Part shown: positions 10,214 through 19,894 of the stretch, in pieces
Layout: every line of letters starts with the position of its first letter
Position numbering within the stretch: position 1 is the stretch's first letter
NCBI GenBank assembly: GCA_965247085.1
Contig: OZ251999.1
Location: 4,608,859 to 4,672,858 of the forward strand
Length of the DNA: 64,000 nt
Reading direction: 5' to 3'
Source: Ferruginibacter sp.
Lineage (GTDB): Bacteria > Bacteroidota > Bacteroidia > Chitinophagales > Chitinophagaceae
Made by a program: the position numbers and the translations under genes
The notes under the pieces: generated by a model
Seen by the model: the letters and a program-made list of their open reading frames with translations, nothing else
The model's database searches: none
What the model was told of the DNA's origin: nothing

Positions 10214-10301
10214 CATATACCCAAAATTTCACTTTGTTTTGCCATAAAAATAATATGGCAGTAATTAAAACCCATACGCTTTTAGCATTTAATGTAAACC
10301 C

Positions 10302-11867
10302 ATGACCGCGATTCCACAACGTTTATTAGGAGAAGGATTACTGATTGCCGCAAAAAAAAATCCATCTAAAACTGCAGTGGTCATTAAGGATAAAACATTT
10401 TCTTATCATCAGCTGCAGGAAGGGGCACTAAAACTGGCGGCACATTTAATTCAGTCAGGCATACAAAAAGGAGACCGGGTTGCTATTTACATGAGCAATT
10501 CCTGGGAAAGTGTACTGGCGGTATACGGAGCTGCATTGTCAGGTGCCGTATTCCTGTTTATCAATCCGCAAACCAAGGCCAATAAGCTGCAATATATTTT
10601 AAATGACTGCGGTGCAAAAATACTGATTGCAGAAACTGCCTTAAGTAATGATATTACTGCCGCCCTGGAAGATGCCCCCACCATACAGCAACTGCTCATT
10701 GCAGGCAATGCTGATACAATTGTACTGCAGCCGGGTGTTCAGTTGGTTAGTTTTGAGTCGGTAATTTTAGCCGCCACCTGCAAGGTGAACTTTCCGGTTA
10801 TTATCCCTACCGATCTGGCATCATTAATTTATACATCGGGCAGCACCGGCTTTCCCAAAGGTGTGATGATGACTCACCAGTCGATGGTATTCACCTCCTG
10901 GAGCCTCATAGAATATTTAAGACTTACCGATGAAGAGCGCATCATGTTATTGTTGCCCCTGGCATTTGATTACGGTTTGTACCAGTTATTAATGACCATT
11001 ACGGTGGGCGGCACTTTAATTGTAGAAAAAGGATTTGTGTTTCCGGCTTCTGTATATAAGCAGATAATAATACAGCAACCAACGGTATTACCTGCAGTGC
11101 CCACTATTTTTGCAATGATGATAGCATCCAATAAAGAAACAGGATTGCAGTTTGACTTTGTAAAAAAAATAACCAATACCGCCGCGGCATTACCCGCCGA
11201 ATTCATACCCGATCTGAAAAAGATATTTCCCAATGCACTTATTTTTAAGATGTATGGTTTAACAGAATGTAAAAGGGTGTGCTATCTTGAACCTGAGTTG
11301 GTAGATATCAAGCCCAGCTCGGTAGGCAGGGCCATCCCGGGTACAGAAGTATTTTTGTTATCACCAGATGGTAAGCCTGTTGCAACCAATGAGCCGGGAA
11401 TTTTACACATCCGCGGGCCGCATGTTATGGCCGGCTACTGGAATAAGGAACAATTGACCAACGAAATGCTGAAACCCGGAAAAATTCCCGGCGAAAGAAT
11501 ATTGTGTTCCAACGACTGGTTTAAAATGGATGAAGATGGCTGCCTTTATTTCCAGGGAAGAAATGATGATATTATAAAAACCAGGGGTGAAAAAGTAAGC
11601 CCGGTAGAAATAGAGAATATTATTTATAAAATACCGGGCGTAAAAGAAGTGGCTGTAATTGGTGTAACGGATGCCATTATGGGCCAGTCCATAGCCGCAT
11701 TTATTACCTGCCACAACAATGTGCAGCTGAACGAAAAAGACATTCAAAAAGAATGCATGGCCCACCTGGAATCTTTTATGATTCCGCAAAAAGTAACTTT
11801 TTTGCAGGAGATGCCAAAAAGTTCGAACGGGAAAATTGATAAAAAAGAACTTGTAAAAAATAATTGA
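10302..11867 (+). CDS. AMP-forming acyl-CoA/acyl-carrier ligase
   Basis: YTSGSTGFPKGVMMTH, WFKMDEDG and C-terminal SSNGKIDKKEL. Confidence 0.85.
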   Translation: MTAIPQRLLGEGLLIAAKKNPSKTAVVIKDKTFSYHQLQEGALKLAAHLIQSGIQKGDRVAIYMSNSWESVLAVYGAALSGAVFLFINPQTKANKLQYILNDCGAKILIAETALSNDITAALEDAPTIQQLLIAGNADTIVLQPGVQLVSFESVILAATCKVNFPVIIPTDLASLIYTSGSTGFPKGVMMTHQSMVFTSWSLIEYLRLTDEERIMLLLPLAFDYGLYQLLMTITVGGTLIVEKGFVFPASVYKQIIIQQPTVLPAVPTIFAMMIASNKETGLQFDFVKKITNTAAALPAEFIPDLKKIFPNALIFKMYGLTECKRVCYLEPELVDIKPSSVGRAIPGTEVFLLSPDGKPVATNEPGILHIRGPHVMAGYWNKEQLTNEMLKPGKIPGERILCSNDWFKMDEDGCLYFQGRNDDIIKTRGEKVSPVEIENIIYKIPGVKEVAVIGVTDAIMGQSIAAFITCHNNVQLNEKDIQKECMAHLESFMIPQKVTFLQEMPKSSNGKIDKKELVKNN

Positions 11868-12289
11868 TGCAGCTTGCAAAACCAGACATATGCGCCCGAT
11901 TCAAAACCTGGTTAATAGCCTGGGATGAATATGATCTGGAGACTGTAATGGACTGGATGCATGAAGAAGTGGTATTTGAAAACTGGGATGGATTGACTGT
12001 GAACGGAAAAGCAGCCTTGCAAAAAATATGGACACCCTGGTTCATTTTTAACGGCAACTTCAAATTCATTAGTGAGGCAGAGGTAGTAGATGAAGCAGCG
12101 CAACAAATAGCTTTCCAATGGCGCTATGAAGGGCCGTCATTTGAAAAGGAGTATAAGGGAAAACAGGAGATCCGCCGCGGTACTGATATCATCAGTTTAC
12201 TGGAGGGGAAAATTGTAAGAAAAACCTCTTATTCTAAAACCTGCATTCAAATAGAAGCGCAGCCATTGATACTGGGAGTTAAAAAATGA
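11864..12289 (+). CDS. SnoaL/NTF2-like small protein (tentative)
   Basis: 141 aa with ATGA overlaps on both sides, so translationally coupled. Its size and W/F-rich alpha+beta pattern are compatible with the NTF2-like fold. No catalytic motif was recognised. Confidence 0.45.
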   Translation: MMQLAKPDICARFKTWLIAWDEYDLETVMDWMHEEVVFENWDGLTVNGKAALQKIWTPWFIFNGNFKFISEAEVVDEAAQQIAFQWRYEGPSFEKEYKGKQEIRRGTDIISLLEGKIVRKTSYSKTCIQIEAQPLILGVKK

Positions 12290-13215
12290 TTTATAAGACG
12301 TTACATTGCATGGAACAAAAAAAAATATACGAAGATCTTTTAGCATTGCTTAAAAAGGATTTGAGTATCCTGCCCGATAAGCAGGAAGAAAATGCTGAAA
12401 ATACATTGGCCGCTTTATGGCATACAGCAGCGGGTAACCGCGTTTCGCCCATTGCAGCAGAAAAATTACCATCATTGCCCGGGTTACAATCCGAACAGGT
12501 AGATCTGCTGCGGGAATTTATTCAAACCCGGCTTTCGGGTGTGCCGCTGGCGCACTTAACAGAACGGCAGGATTTTATGGGGCTGGATTACATATTGAAC
12601 AAAGGCTTGTACATTCCCCGTAAAGAAACGGAGTTGCTGGCTCAAACCGCTATTGATACCATTGCCAAAGATTTTGCTGCCGAAAAAGAAGCCATAGTGA
12701 TCGATCTGTGTACCGGAATTGGTACTGTGGCACTGGCCATTGCACATTATTGTACTAATACCAGGGTATTTGGTTCTGATATTTATACACCTGCCATAGA
12801 AGCCGCGGCAGTAAATGCACAGCATTTTGCACTGCAAAACAGGGCTGCCTTTTTTAATGCAGATATGTTTACCCCTTTTGAATCACTGTCATTAAAAGAT
12901 ACAGTAAGCGTAATAGTAAGTGCACCACCCTACATCTCGTCGGCAAAAGTTAAGAACATGGCGGATGAGATCGCTTCTCATGAACCGGAAGAAGCATTTG
13001 ACGCCGGTCCCTTCGGACTGTCTATTTTCACCATTCTGATTGCAACAGCACCCCAATACCTGTTGGTAAACGGGTACCTGATTTTTGAATGCGGATTAGG
13101 ACAGGGCGATTTTCTTGCCAAACGTATTGAAGCCAACCCTCAATATGGAAAAGTAGAAAAATTTTGTGATGCCCATGGCAATGTGAGAGTACTAAAAGCA
13201 AAACGAATTAATTAA
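12286..13215 (+). CDS. HemK/PrmC-like class I SAM methyltransferase with non-canonical SAPPY motif
   Basis: SAM motif I IDLCTGIGTVALA. Motif IV reads IVSAPPYI where HemK-type enzymes have NPPY. Confidence 0.65.
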   Translation: MIYKTLHCMEQKKIYEDLLALLKKDLSILPDKQEENAENTLAALWHTAAGNRVSPIAAEKLPSLPGLQSEQVDLLREFIQTRLSGVPLAHLTERQDFMGLDYILNKGLYIPRKETELLAQTAIDTIAKDFAAEKEAIVIDLCTGIGTVALAIAHYCTNTRVFGSDIYTPAIEAAAVNAQHFALQNRAAFFNADMFTPFESLSLKDTVSVIVSAPPYISSAKVKNMADEIASHEPEEAFDAGPFGLSIFTILIATAPQYLLVNGYLIFECGLGQGDFLAKRIEANPQYGKVEKFCDAHGNVRVLKAKRIN

Positions 13216-13271
13216 ACAGTTGTGCCATTGCACAGCAACACCAACATGATAAAATAATAATTGCAAATAAC

Positions 13272-13523
13272 ATGGAAAATTCAACGGCCACAAAAGAACA
13301 AATACGTCAGTTTATCATTGAAACCACTTTTGCACCTGCACCGGATGTACAGGATGATACCCTGATTTTTGTGCAGGGGTTCTTTGATTCGATGGGATTT
13401 TTATTGCTCATCAGTTTCATTGAAGAAAAATTTGGCGTTAAAACTGATGATTCAGAATTACTGGAAGAGAATTTTGAATCAATTAATGCCATTGCCAGTT
13501 TTATTGAACGCAAACAAAAATAG
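13272..13523 (+). CDS. Carrier protein (ACP3)
   Basis: 83 aa with GFFDSMGFLLLISFIEEKF (D-S-x attachment context), placed between the methyltransferase and the AsnB-like gene. Confidence 0.75.
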   Translation: MENSTATKEQIRQFIIETTFAPAPDVQDDTLIFVQGFFDSMGFLLLISFIEEKFGVKTDDSELLEENFESINAIASFIERKQK

Positions 13524-13532
13524 TTTTACAGC

Positions 13533-15509
13533 ATGTGTGGTATAGCCGGAATTTATAAGTATCGCCCGGATGATCAGCAGTCCAATGAGCACAGCGTTAA
13601 AAAAATGCTGTCGGCCATTCGTCACCGCGGTCCCGATGAAACAGGTATTTACAGGAATGACCATTTTTGTATGGGCAGCGTGCGCCTGAGCATTGTAGAT
13701 ATTGCCAGCGGGCAGCAACCTGTTTGTGATGATACCGGCAATTACTGGATTGTATACAACGGAGAGATCTTTAATTTTCCTGAGTTAAAAAAACTAATTG
13801 AAGAAAAGGGCATACAATTAAAAACCAATTGCGATACCGAAGTACTGGTGCAATTATACGCACTTTTTGGAGCCGCCTGCCTTTCCTATTTAAATGGGCA
13901 GTTTGCGTTTTGTATCTGGGATAAAACAAAACAGGAAATGTTCCTTGCCCGCGACAGGGTAGGCATCAGGCCCCTGTTTTACTGGGCCCGGCAGGGTGCT
14001 TTTGCATTTTGCTCCGAAATAAAAGGCTTGTTTACACTGGATAAGATTGAGAAAAAGATCAGTGCCGAAAGCCTGGCGCAGGTATTTACTTTTTGGACAA
14101 CCCTTACACCCAATACCCCTTTCGAAAATATTTACGAACTGTCTCCGGGCCATTGTATGACAGTTAAAAGCACCGGTATTACCATTACAAAATACTGGAG
14201 TCTTCAGTTTCAGGATACAAGATATCCCAATACACAACATTTTGATACAGCCCTGGAAGGGTTGACTGCATTACTGCAGGATGCCACCAGTATCCGGCTG
14301 AGGGCGGATGTGCCTGTAGCTGCATATTTAAGCGGCGGTCTCGACTCCAGTGTAACTACCAGTATCATTAACAGCATCAACCCCGGCAACCTGCAAACTT
14401 TTTCCATTGGGTTTAAGGATAAAGAATTTGACGAAACCAAATACCAGCAGGAAGCGGCAGCATATTTTAATACACAGCATACGGCATTTGAATGTACCGC
14501 GGCAGAAATAGCCGAACAGTTTGCCACCACTATCTGGCATACCGAGTTCCCAATTTTACGAACCTCGCCAACACCGATGTACCTGCTTTCTAAAAAAGTA
14601 AGGGAGCATAATATTAAAGTGGTGGTTACCGGCGAAGGAGCAGATGAGGTACTGGCCGGTTATAATATTTTTAAGGAAGCCAAGATCAGGCGTTTTTGGG
14701 CCAATCAGCCTGACTCTGCCGTAAGGCCAAAACTGTTGTCTAAACTGTATCCCTACATCCCCATGATACAGGGCTCTAATAACCTCGCGTTAAAAATGTT
14801 TTTTGGTTTTAAGCTAAATGAAACCAGTGATCCGCTGTATTCTCATTTGTTGCGCTGGCACAATACCTCCCGTATCAAAACATATTTTTCCGATGATATA
14901 ACACGGGCATTAGATCAGTACCAGCCTGTAGAACAGGTATACGGTCAACTACCCGAAAATTTTAAAAACTGGAGTGGGCTTGCGCAGTCGCAATACCTGG
15001 AATCTTCCATCTTTATGTCGGGTTATCTGCTTTCTTCGCAGGGCGACCGCATGGCCATGGCCAACTCTGTGGAAGGACGCTATCCTTTTTTAGATTACCG
15101 GGTAATAGAATTTTGTGCCGGACTGCCCGACAGTTTTAAGCTTAATTGCCTGGATGAAAAATTCATACTCAAAAAACTGAGTCGCGGACGGATACCGGAA
15201 TCAATTACTAAAAGACCCAAGCAGGCTTACCGGGCTCCCATTGCCAGCAGTTTTTTTCATGCAGGTGCGCCAGCCTATATTGAGGAAATATTATCAGAAG
15301 AAAAATTACAAGCCTTTGGTTTATTCAACCCGCAAAAAGTAAAAACGCTGATAGCGAAAATGAAGAACCAGCAAAACATTTCAGAAATGGATCAAATGGC
15401 CATTGCAGCAATATTATCTACCCAGTTACTGCAGCAAATGTTTATTACCAACCCGGTGGCTACCAATGTAGAAGAACTGGCCAATTTAAAAGTAGTTATA
15501 GAAAATTAA
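13533..15509 (+). CDS. Asparagine synthetase B-family glutamine amidotransferase
   Basis: N-terminal nucleophile MCGIAGIY, PP-loop YLSGGLDSSV, 658 aa. Confidence 0.9.
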   Translation: MCGIAGIYKYRPDDQQSNEHSVKKMLSAIRHRGPDETGIYRNDHFCMGSVRLSIVDIASGQQPVCDDTGNYWIVYNGEIFNFPELKKLIEEKGIQLKTNCDTEVLVQLYALFGAACLSYLNGQFAFCIWDKTKQEMFLARDRVGIRPLFYWARQGAFAFCSEIKGLFTLDKIEKKISAESLAQVFTFWTTLTPNTPFENIYELSPGHCMTVKSTGITITKYWSLQFQDTRYPNTQHFDTALEGLTALLQDATSIRLRADVPVAAYLSGGLDSSVTTSIINSINPGNLQTFSIGFKDKEFDETKYQQEAAAYFNTQHTAFECTAAEIAEQFATTIWHTEFPILRTSPTPMYLLSKKVREHNIKVVVTGEGADEVLAGYNIFKEAKIRRFWANQPDSAVRPKLLSKLYPYIPMIQGSNNLALKMFFGFKLNETSDPLYSHLLRWHNTSRIKTYFSDDITRALDQYQPVEQVYGQLPENFKNWSGLAQSQYLESSIFMSGYLLSSQGDRMAMANSVEGRYPFLDYRVIEFCAGLPDSFKLNCLDEKFILKKLSRGRIPESITKRPKQAYRAPIASSFFHAGAPAYIEEILSEEKLQAFGLFNPQKVKTLIAKMKNQQNISEMDQMAIAAILSTQLLQQMFITNPVATNVEELANLKVVIEN

Positions 15510-15582
15510 ATGCAGTTGCTAATAGTATGTGGCGAAACATAAATAATTAAACCGGTACCGGTTTCAAAAATAATGTGCTAAT

Positions 15583-15618
15583 AAAAAAGGAGTTGATATT
15601 CATCAACTCCTTTTTTTA
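15583..15618. terminator. Bidirectional rho-independent terminator between convergent operons
   Basis: Perfect 11-bp stem AAGGAGTTGAT/ATCAACTCCTT with loop ATTC, an A-run upstream and a T-run downstream. Confidence 0.7.
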
Positions 15619-15674
15619 TGTCTGTTCCTAATTTTTTCTGTATTACATATTCCGGTTCGGGGGTAACACCGGGC

Positions 15675-18600
15675 CTAGTTTACTTTAATTGCTTTTAAAG
15701 TAAGTTTTTCCTGGTTGCTGAAGAATGCAGTTACCAGATATGTGCCCTTAGGCAAATTACTCATGTCTATTTTTTCTTTTGTGGTGTAGGTGCCGGTAGC
15801 AATTTTTTTATTGTAAATAACCTTCCCCATCATATCCGTTACCGAAACCAATACGGTGGTGTTGGCCGTGGTGGAAAGAATATCCAGGTTAGCAATGTCG
15901 GCGATAGGGTTAGGATATACTTTAATACTATTACCAGAAGGGGCAGTTACTACTGTTACCGTTACCATAGTGGTGTCCTTTCCGGTGGCACCTTTATCGT
16001 CAGTAACTGTTAATTCAAAAGTGTAAGATCCTGCAATCAGATTATCTAAAAAGGTTACAGCTGTATTGGGTGAAGTGAGCTTATCGGCAGGGCCGGAAAT
16101 TTGCCTCCATTTATATGAAACAACTATTCCATCAACATCAGTGCCGCTTCCGTTTAGGGTAACACTATTGGCAGGCGAAATAACAAATTGATCAGGTCCT
16201 GCATTGGCAACCGGAGGTATATTTTCAGGGTTCACTGTTACCTGAATCACTGCTGTTGCTGAAGCACCATTATTGTCAGTAACTCTTAATTCAAATTGAT
16301 AAATACCTTCTGTTAATCCCGTAACTGTAGTACTGGCAATAGTAGCATTGCTGATGATACCTGTTGCAGGGCCCGAAATTTTTGTCCATCTGTAAGAGGC
16401 AATAAATCCATCTACATCATTACCACTGCCGTTTAAATTAGCAACATTGGTGGGCAGTGTAATTGACTGGCTTAAACCCGCATTGGCTACAGGGGGTATA
16501 TTGGGGGCAAATACAATCACCTGCATTACATCAATGGCGATGGCGCCACTGTTATCAGTAACTTTTAATTCAAATTGGTAGATACCTGCAACCAGTCCGG
16601 TAACAGCCGTGCTTGCAGAAGCGGCATTGGTGATGGTACCTGCAGCTGGCCCCGAAATTTTAGTCCACAGATAAGCATTGATGGTGCCATCAGGATCGGT
16701 ACCCGATCCTGCAAGATTTACAGAACTGGTGGGTAAGGTGATCGATTGATCTGCACCTGCATTGGCAGTGGGTAACACATTGGGAGCAGGATTTACAATT
16801 ACCTGCATTACATCGGTAGCGGTAGCGCCACTGTTATCGGTAACTCTTAATTGAAATTGGTAGATACCTGCAATCATCCCGGTAACGGCCGTACTTGCAG
16901 AAGCTGCATTGGTAATGGTGCCAGCAGCTGGCCCCGAAATTTTAGTCCACAAATAAGCATTGATGGTGCCATCAGGGTCGGTACCCGATCCGGTAAGGTT
17001 TACAGAACTGGTGGGTAAGGTGATCGATTGATCTGCACCTGCATTGGCAACAGGTGCAATATTTGCAGCAGGATTTACAATTACCTGCATTACATCAATG
17101 GCAGTAACGCCACTGTTATCGGTAACTCTTAATTGAAATTGGTAGATACCTGCAATCATCCCGGTAACAGCCGTACTTGCAGAAGCGGCATTGGTAATGG
17201 TGCCTGCAGCGGGGCCCGAAATTTTAGTCCACAGATAAGCATTGATGGTGCCATCAGGGTCAGTACCCGATCCGGTAAGATTTACAGAACTGGTGGGTAA
17301 GGTAATAGACTGGTCGGCACCTGCATTTGCAACAGGTGCAATATTTGCAGCAGGATTTACAATTACCTGCATTACATCAATGGCAGTAGCGCCACTGTTA
17401 TCGGTAACTCTTAATTCAAACAGGTAGATACCGGCTGCCAGCCCGGTAACCGATGTACTTGCAGAAGCAGCATTGGTAATGGTGCCAGCGGTGGGCCCGG
17501 AAATTTTAGTCCACAGGTAGGCGTTGATAGTACCATCAGGATCAGTACCCGATCCGGTAAGATTTACTGAGTTGGTGGGTAAGGTAATAACTTGATCAAT
17601 ACCTGCATTTGCAGTGGGGGCAATATTAACAGCTCCGGGGTTAACAATTACCTGCATTGTATCTTTTCCTGCTGCGCCATTATTATCGGTAACTCTTAAT
17701 TCAAACAGGTAGGTGCCAACTGCTAAACCAGTAACTGCAGTATTGGCTAAAGCAGCATTGGTAATAATGCCTGCAGCGGGCCCGGAAATCTTGGTCCACA
17801 GGTAGGCGTTGATAGTGCCATCAGGATCAGTACCCGATCCGGTAAGATTTACTGAGTTGGTGGGTAATGTAATAGACTGATCAATACCTGCATTGGCTGT
17901 AGGCGCAATATTACTGTTAGCGCCACTGTACTCTGCATATCCCATATCTGGTGCATTACCAGTGAAGGTTAATCCTACATCAATACCTGCATCAATTAAA
18001 GGCGAACCAGCAGACAAGGTATAGTTTGCTGCATATGCAGGGGTAAGTTTTAAGTTATTTAAAAAAGTATAACGTGTTGGAGCGGGAGCAGGGCTTTCAA
18101 ACAAAGGATTGTTGCTGTTACCATTACCATAAATATTGTTGTTGCTGATATTCAGCGAATCAATTGCCACACTGCCGCCCTGCTGTACAATGGGGGCGCT
18201 CATGGCATTGGCAATGATATTGTTCTTAATGCGAATATTCTTTAAAGTACCCGATGTGGTATTGGGAAGTTTGATGCCCCAAAACGTAGGATGTGCAGGA
18301 TCTTCCAGCAGGGTATTATTGTAAATATCGATGTTGTTCCAGCTGATATTTGAAGCACCATAATTACCCATGTTGATAAGGAAGCCGGTGGCTTCGGCCA
18401 TGCCCACATTCGTGATCAGGTTTTTTCTGATGACTACATTGGTTACATTATTGCCATTCCGGGGTGTAAACAGGATGCCCAGGTTTACTTTATCAATGGT
18501 ATTGTTTTCAATGATCACTCCATCGGTTTCAAATTCCAGGGTAATACCGGTTTGAATATTATTATTCAATGAGGGCATAATAATATTGTTATCATGAATC

Positions 18601-19490
18601 CAGGCGGCAAAAGCATAACTGCCCTTGGTATTGTGGTTGATGTCTATTGAACCGCCGTTTAAGTTGTTATTATAAATTTCCAGTCCGCTTTCATTAAACA
18701 ATTCAATGGCAAAATCCCAGTTATTGGCACCCAGGGGATAACTGTTCAATATTTTATTCAGTGTATTGTTATAGATTTTGCAACCATTTAAATAACCATC
18801 ATTCTGGTATTTGATGGGCCAGCCATTATGCCCTGCGGGGCGGCTGTTTTGTGTAATGGTATTGTTATAGATCAGCATGCCTGTTTGCCCGCCAATGCAC
18901 AATGCACCGGCACCGTATCCCAGTATCTGGTCGTAATCGGCACAGTTGTCAATGATGTTATTGTAAAAAGTATTGCCGGTGGCAAAGATGGCTGGTGGGC
19001 CCAGTTGGTTATCATTGCGGCCACCAAAAATAACACCCCTGTTTTTAAAATTCACCATGGTAATATCATGCACACTTACATTGCTTCTGCCTGCAATATA
19101 AATACCCCAAAAGGTAGTGAGGTTCTGTCCGTCGAATTTTACATTGGAGATATGCTGGTTGCCATTGGTGCCTTCGGCAGATTTGAGCGACAGCATTTCT
19201 GTCCAGTCGGCAGACAGGGTACTTCTGAGTACAGAACTAACACCATCGCCTTCAATACTAACGCCTACTTTAAGACTGCACTGAAGTGTTTCTGTATAGG
19301 TACCTGCATTTACATGAATGATATCACCGGCAGCTGAAACAGTGCTGGTTGCTTTGTACAAAGTTTTCCAGGGATTGGTGATTGCACCTGTACCTGTAGC
19401 GTCGTTGCCTGTTGGACTGATATAATACGTGGTGGAGTTTGCTGTGGAAGTAAACAGGAACAGCCCCAAAATGAATAAAAATGATTTCAT
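15675..19490 (-). CDS. Secreted right-handed beta-helix protein with 7 PKD-like repeats and T9SS C-terminal sorting domain
   Basis: Signal peptide MKSFLFILGLFLFTSTANS. The N-terminal YYISPTGNDATGTG...IHVNAGTY and many N-x-I/NN repeats are typical of pectate-lyase-fold proteins. It has seven ~93-aa units containing GSGTDPDGTINAYLWTKISGP. The C-terminal KVYPNPIADIANLDI...LTLKAIKVN is a T9SS CTD-like tail. Confidence 0.85.
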   Translation of the reverse strand: MKSFLFILGLFLFTSTANSTTYYISPTGNDATGTGAITNPWKTLYKATSTVSAAGDIIHVNAGTYTETLQCSLKVGVSIEGDGVSSVLRSTLSADWTEMLSLKSAEGTNGNQHISNVKFDGQNLTTFWGIYIAGRSNVSVHDITMVNFKNRGVIFGGRNDNQLGPPAIFATGNTFYNNIIDNCADYDQILGYGAGALCIGGQTGMLIYNNTITQNSRPAGHNGWPIKYQNDGYLNGCKIYNNTLNKILNSYPLGANNWDFAIELFNESGLEIYNNNLNGGSIDINHNTKGSYAFAAWIHDNNIIMPSLNNNIQTGITLEFETDGVIIENNTIDKVNLGILFTPRNGNNVTNVVIRKNLITNVGMAEATGFLINMGNYGASNISWNNIDIYNNTLLEDPAHPTFWGIKLPNTTSGTLKNIRIKNNIIANAMSAPIVQQGGSVAIDSLNISNNNIYGNGNSNNPLFESPAPAPTRYTFLNNLKLTPAYAANYTLSAGSPLIDAGIDVGLTFTGNAPDMGYAEYSGANSNIAPTANAGIDQSITLPTNSVNLTGSGTDPDGTINAYLWTKISGPAAGIITNAALANTAVTGLAVGTYLFELRVTDNNGAAGKDTMQVIVNPGAVNIAPTANAGIDQVITLPTNSVNLTGSGTDPDGTINAYLWTKISGPTAGTITNAASASTSVTGLAAGIYLFELRVTDNSGATAIDVMQVIVNPAANIAPVANAGADQSITLPTSSVNLTGSGTDPDGTINAYLWTKISGPAAGTITNAASASTAVTGMIAGIYQFQLRVTDNSGVTAIDVMQVIVNPAANIAPVANAGADQSITLPTSSVNLTGSGTDPDGTINAYLWTKISGPAAGTITNAASASTAVTGMIAGIYQFQLRVTDNSGATATDVMQVIVNPAPNVLPTANAGADQSITLPTSSVNLAGSGTDPDGTINAYLWTKISGPAAGTITNAASASTAVTGLVAGIYQFELKVTDNSGAIAIDVMQVIVFAPNIPPVANAGLSQSITLPTNVANLNGSGNDVDGFIASYRWTKISGPATGIISNATIASTTVTGLTEGIYQFELRVTDNNGASATAVIQVTVNPENIPPVANAGPDQFVISPANSVTLNGSGTDVDGIVVSYKWRQISGPADKLTSPNTAVTFLDNLIAGSYTFELTVTDDKGATGKDTTMVTVTVVTAPSGNSIKVYPNPIADIANLDILSTTANTTVLVSVTDMMGKVIYNKKIATGTYTTKEKIDMSNLPKGTYLVTAFFSNQEKLTLKAIKVN
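15951..17912 (-). repeat. Seven in-frame tandem repeats (273-285 bp units) encoding PKD/Ig-like domains
   Basis: Unit boundaries were read from recurring NI(A/P)P(T/V)ANAG codons at 17912, 17627, 17345, 17063, 16781, 16502 and 16223. The anchor attgatggtgccatcagg recurs with a 282-bp period. Units 3 and 4 differ at 2 aa and a few nt. Confidence 0.9.
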
Positions 19491-19894
19491 AAGGATGTTA
19501 AGATTTATTGGATTTTATTGGAACACAAGCACTCTTGTGTAACGGCATACATAATTTTATATTGTTTAACAAAAGTATGTTTGGATATGTGTACTGTTTT
19601 GTATGCAATGGAGGATAAAATTTATTATACAAATACAGTGCTTTTTTTATTTATATTACTCGTTGTTTATAAAATGTGAATATAATTTTAAAGGTTAGCA
19701 AAAAATATAATGAATAATGATTTTAAACAGGCTTCTTAATATAACAAAAACATCCATGTATACAGCCCTTACAATTACCGGCAAACGGCCTGCTGGTCGA
19801 ACAAGGACAAGGATCTAAATTTTTCTTTTAGATGTTCAAGGATGTATTTCGCGTTATGTAATCAAAAACTTGGCCAAATTTGCCAGATTGGATT

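Noticed and set aside
9141-10228. A shared CATA(T)ACCCAAAAT string immediately after the stops of 8206..9132 and 9230..10213, each followed by a 7-bp hairpin (9195..9215 and 10238..10258).
   Set aside because: The strings are short and A+T-rich, the hairpins lack U-runs, and the genes appear co-transcribed. I could not distinguish this from chance or simple intercistronic structure.
15951-17912. A regular ~280-bp periodicity that could suggest a CRISPR or satellite array.
   Set aside because: The repeats are contiguous with no unique spacers, stay in one open reading frame and encode a folded PKD-like domain. They are coding tandem repeats, not CRISPR.
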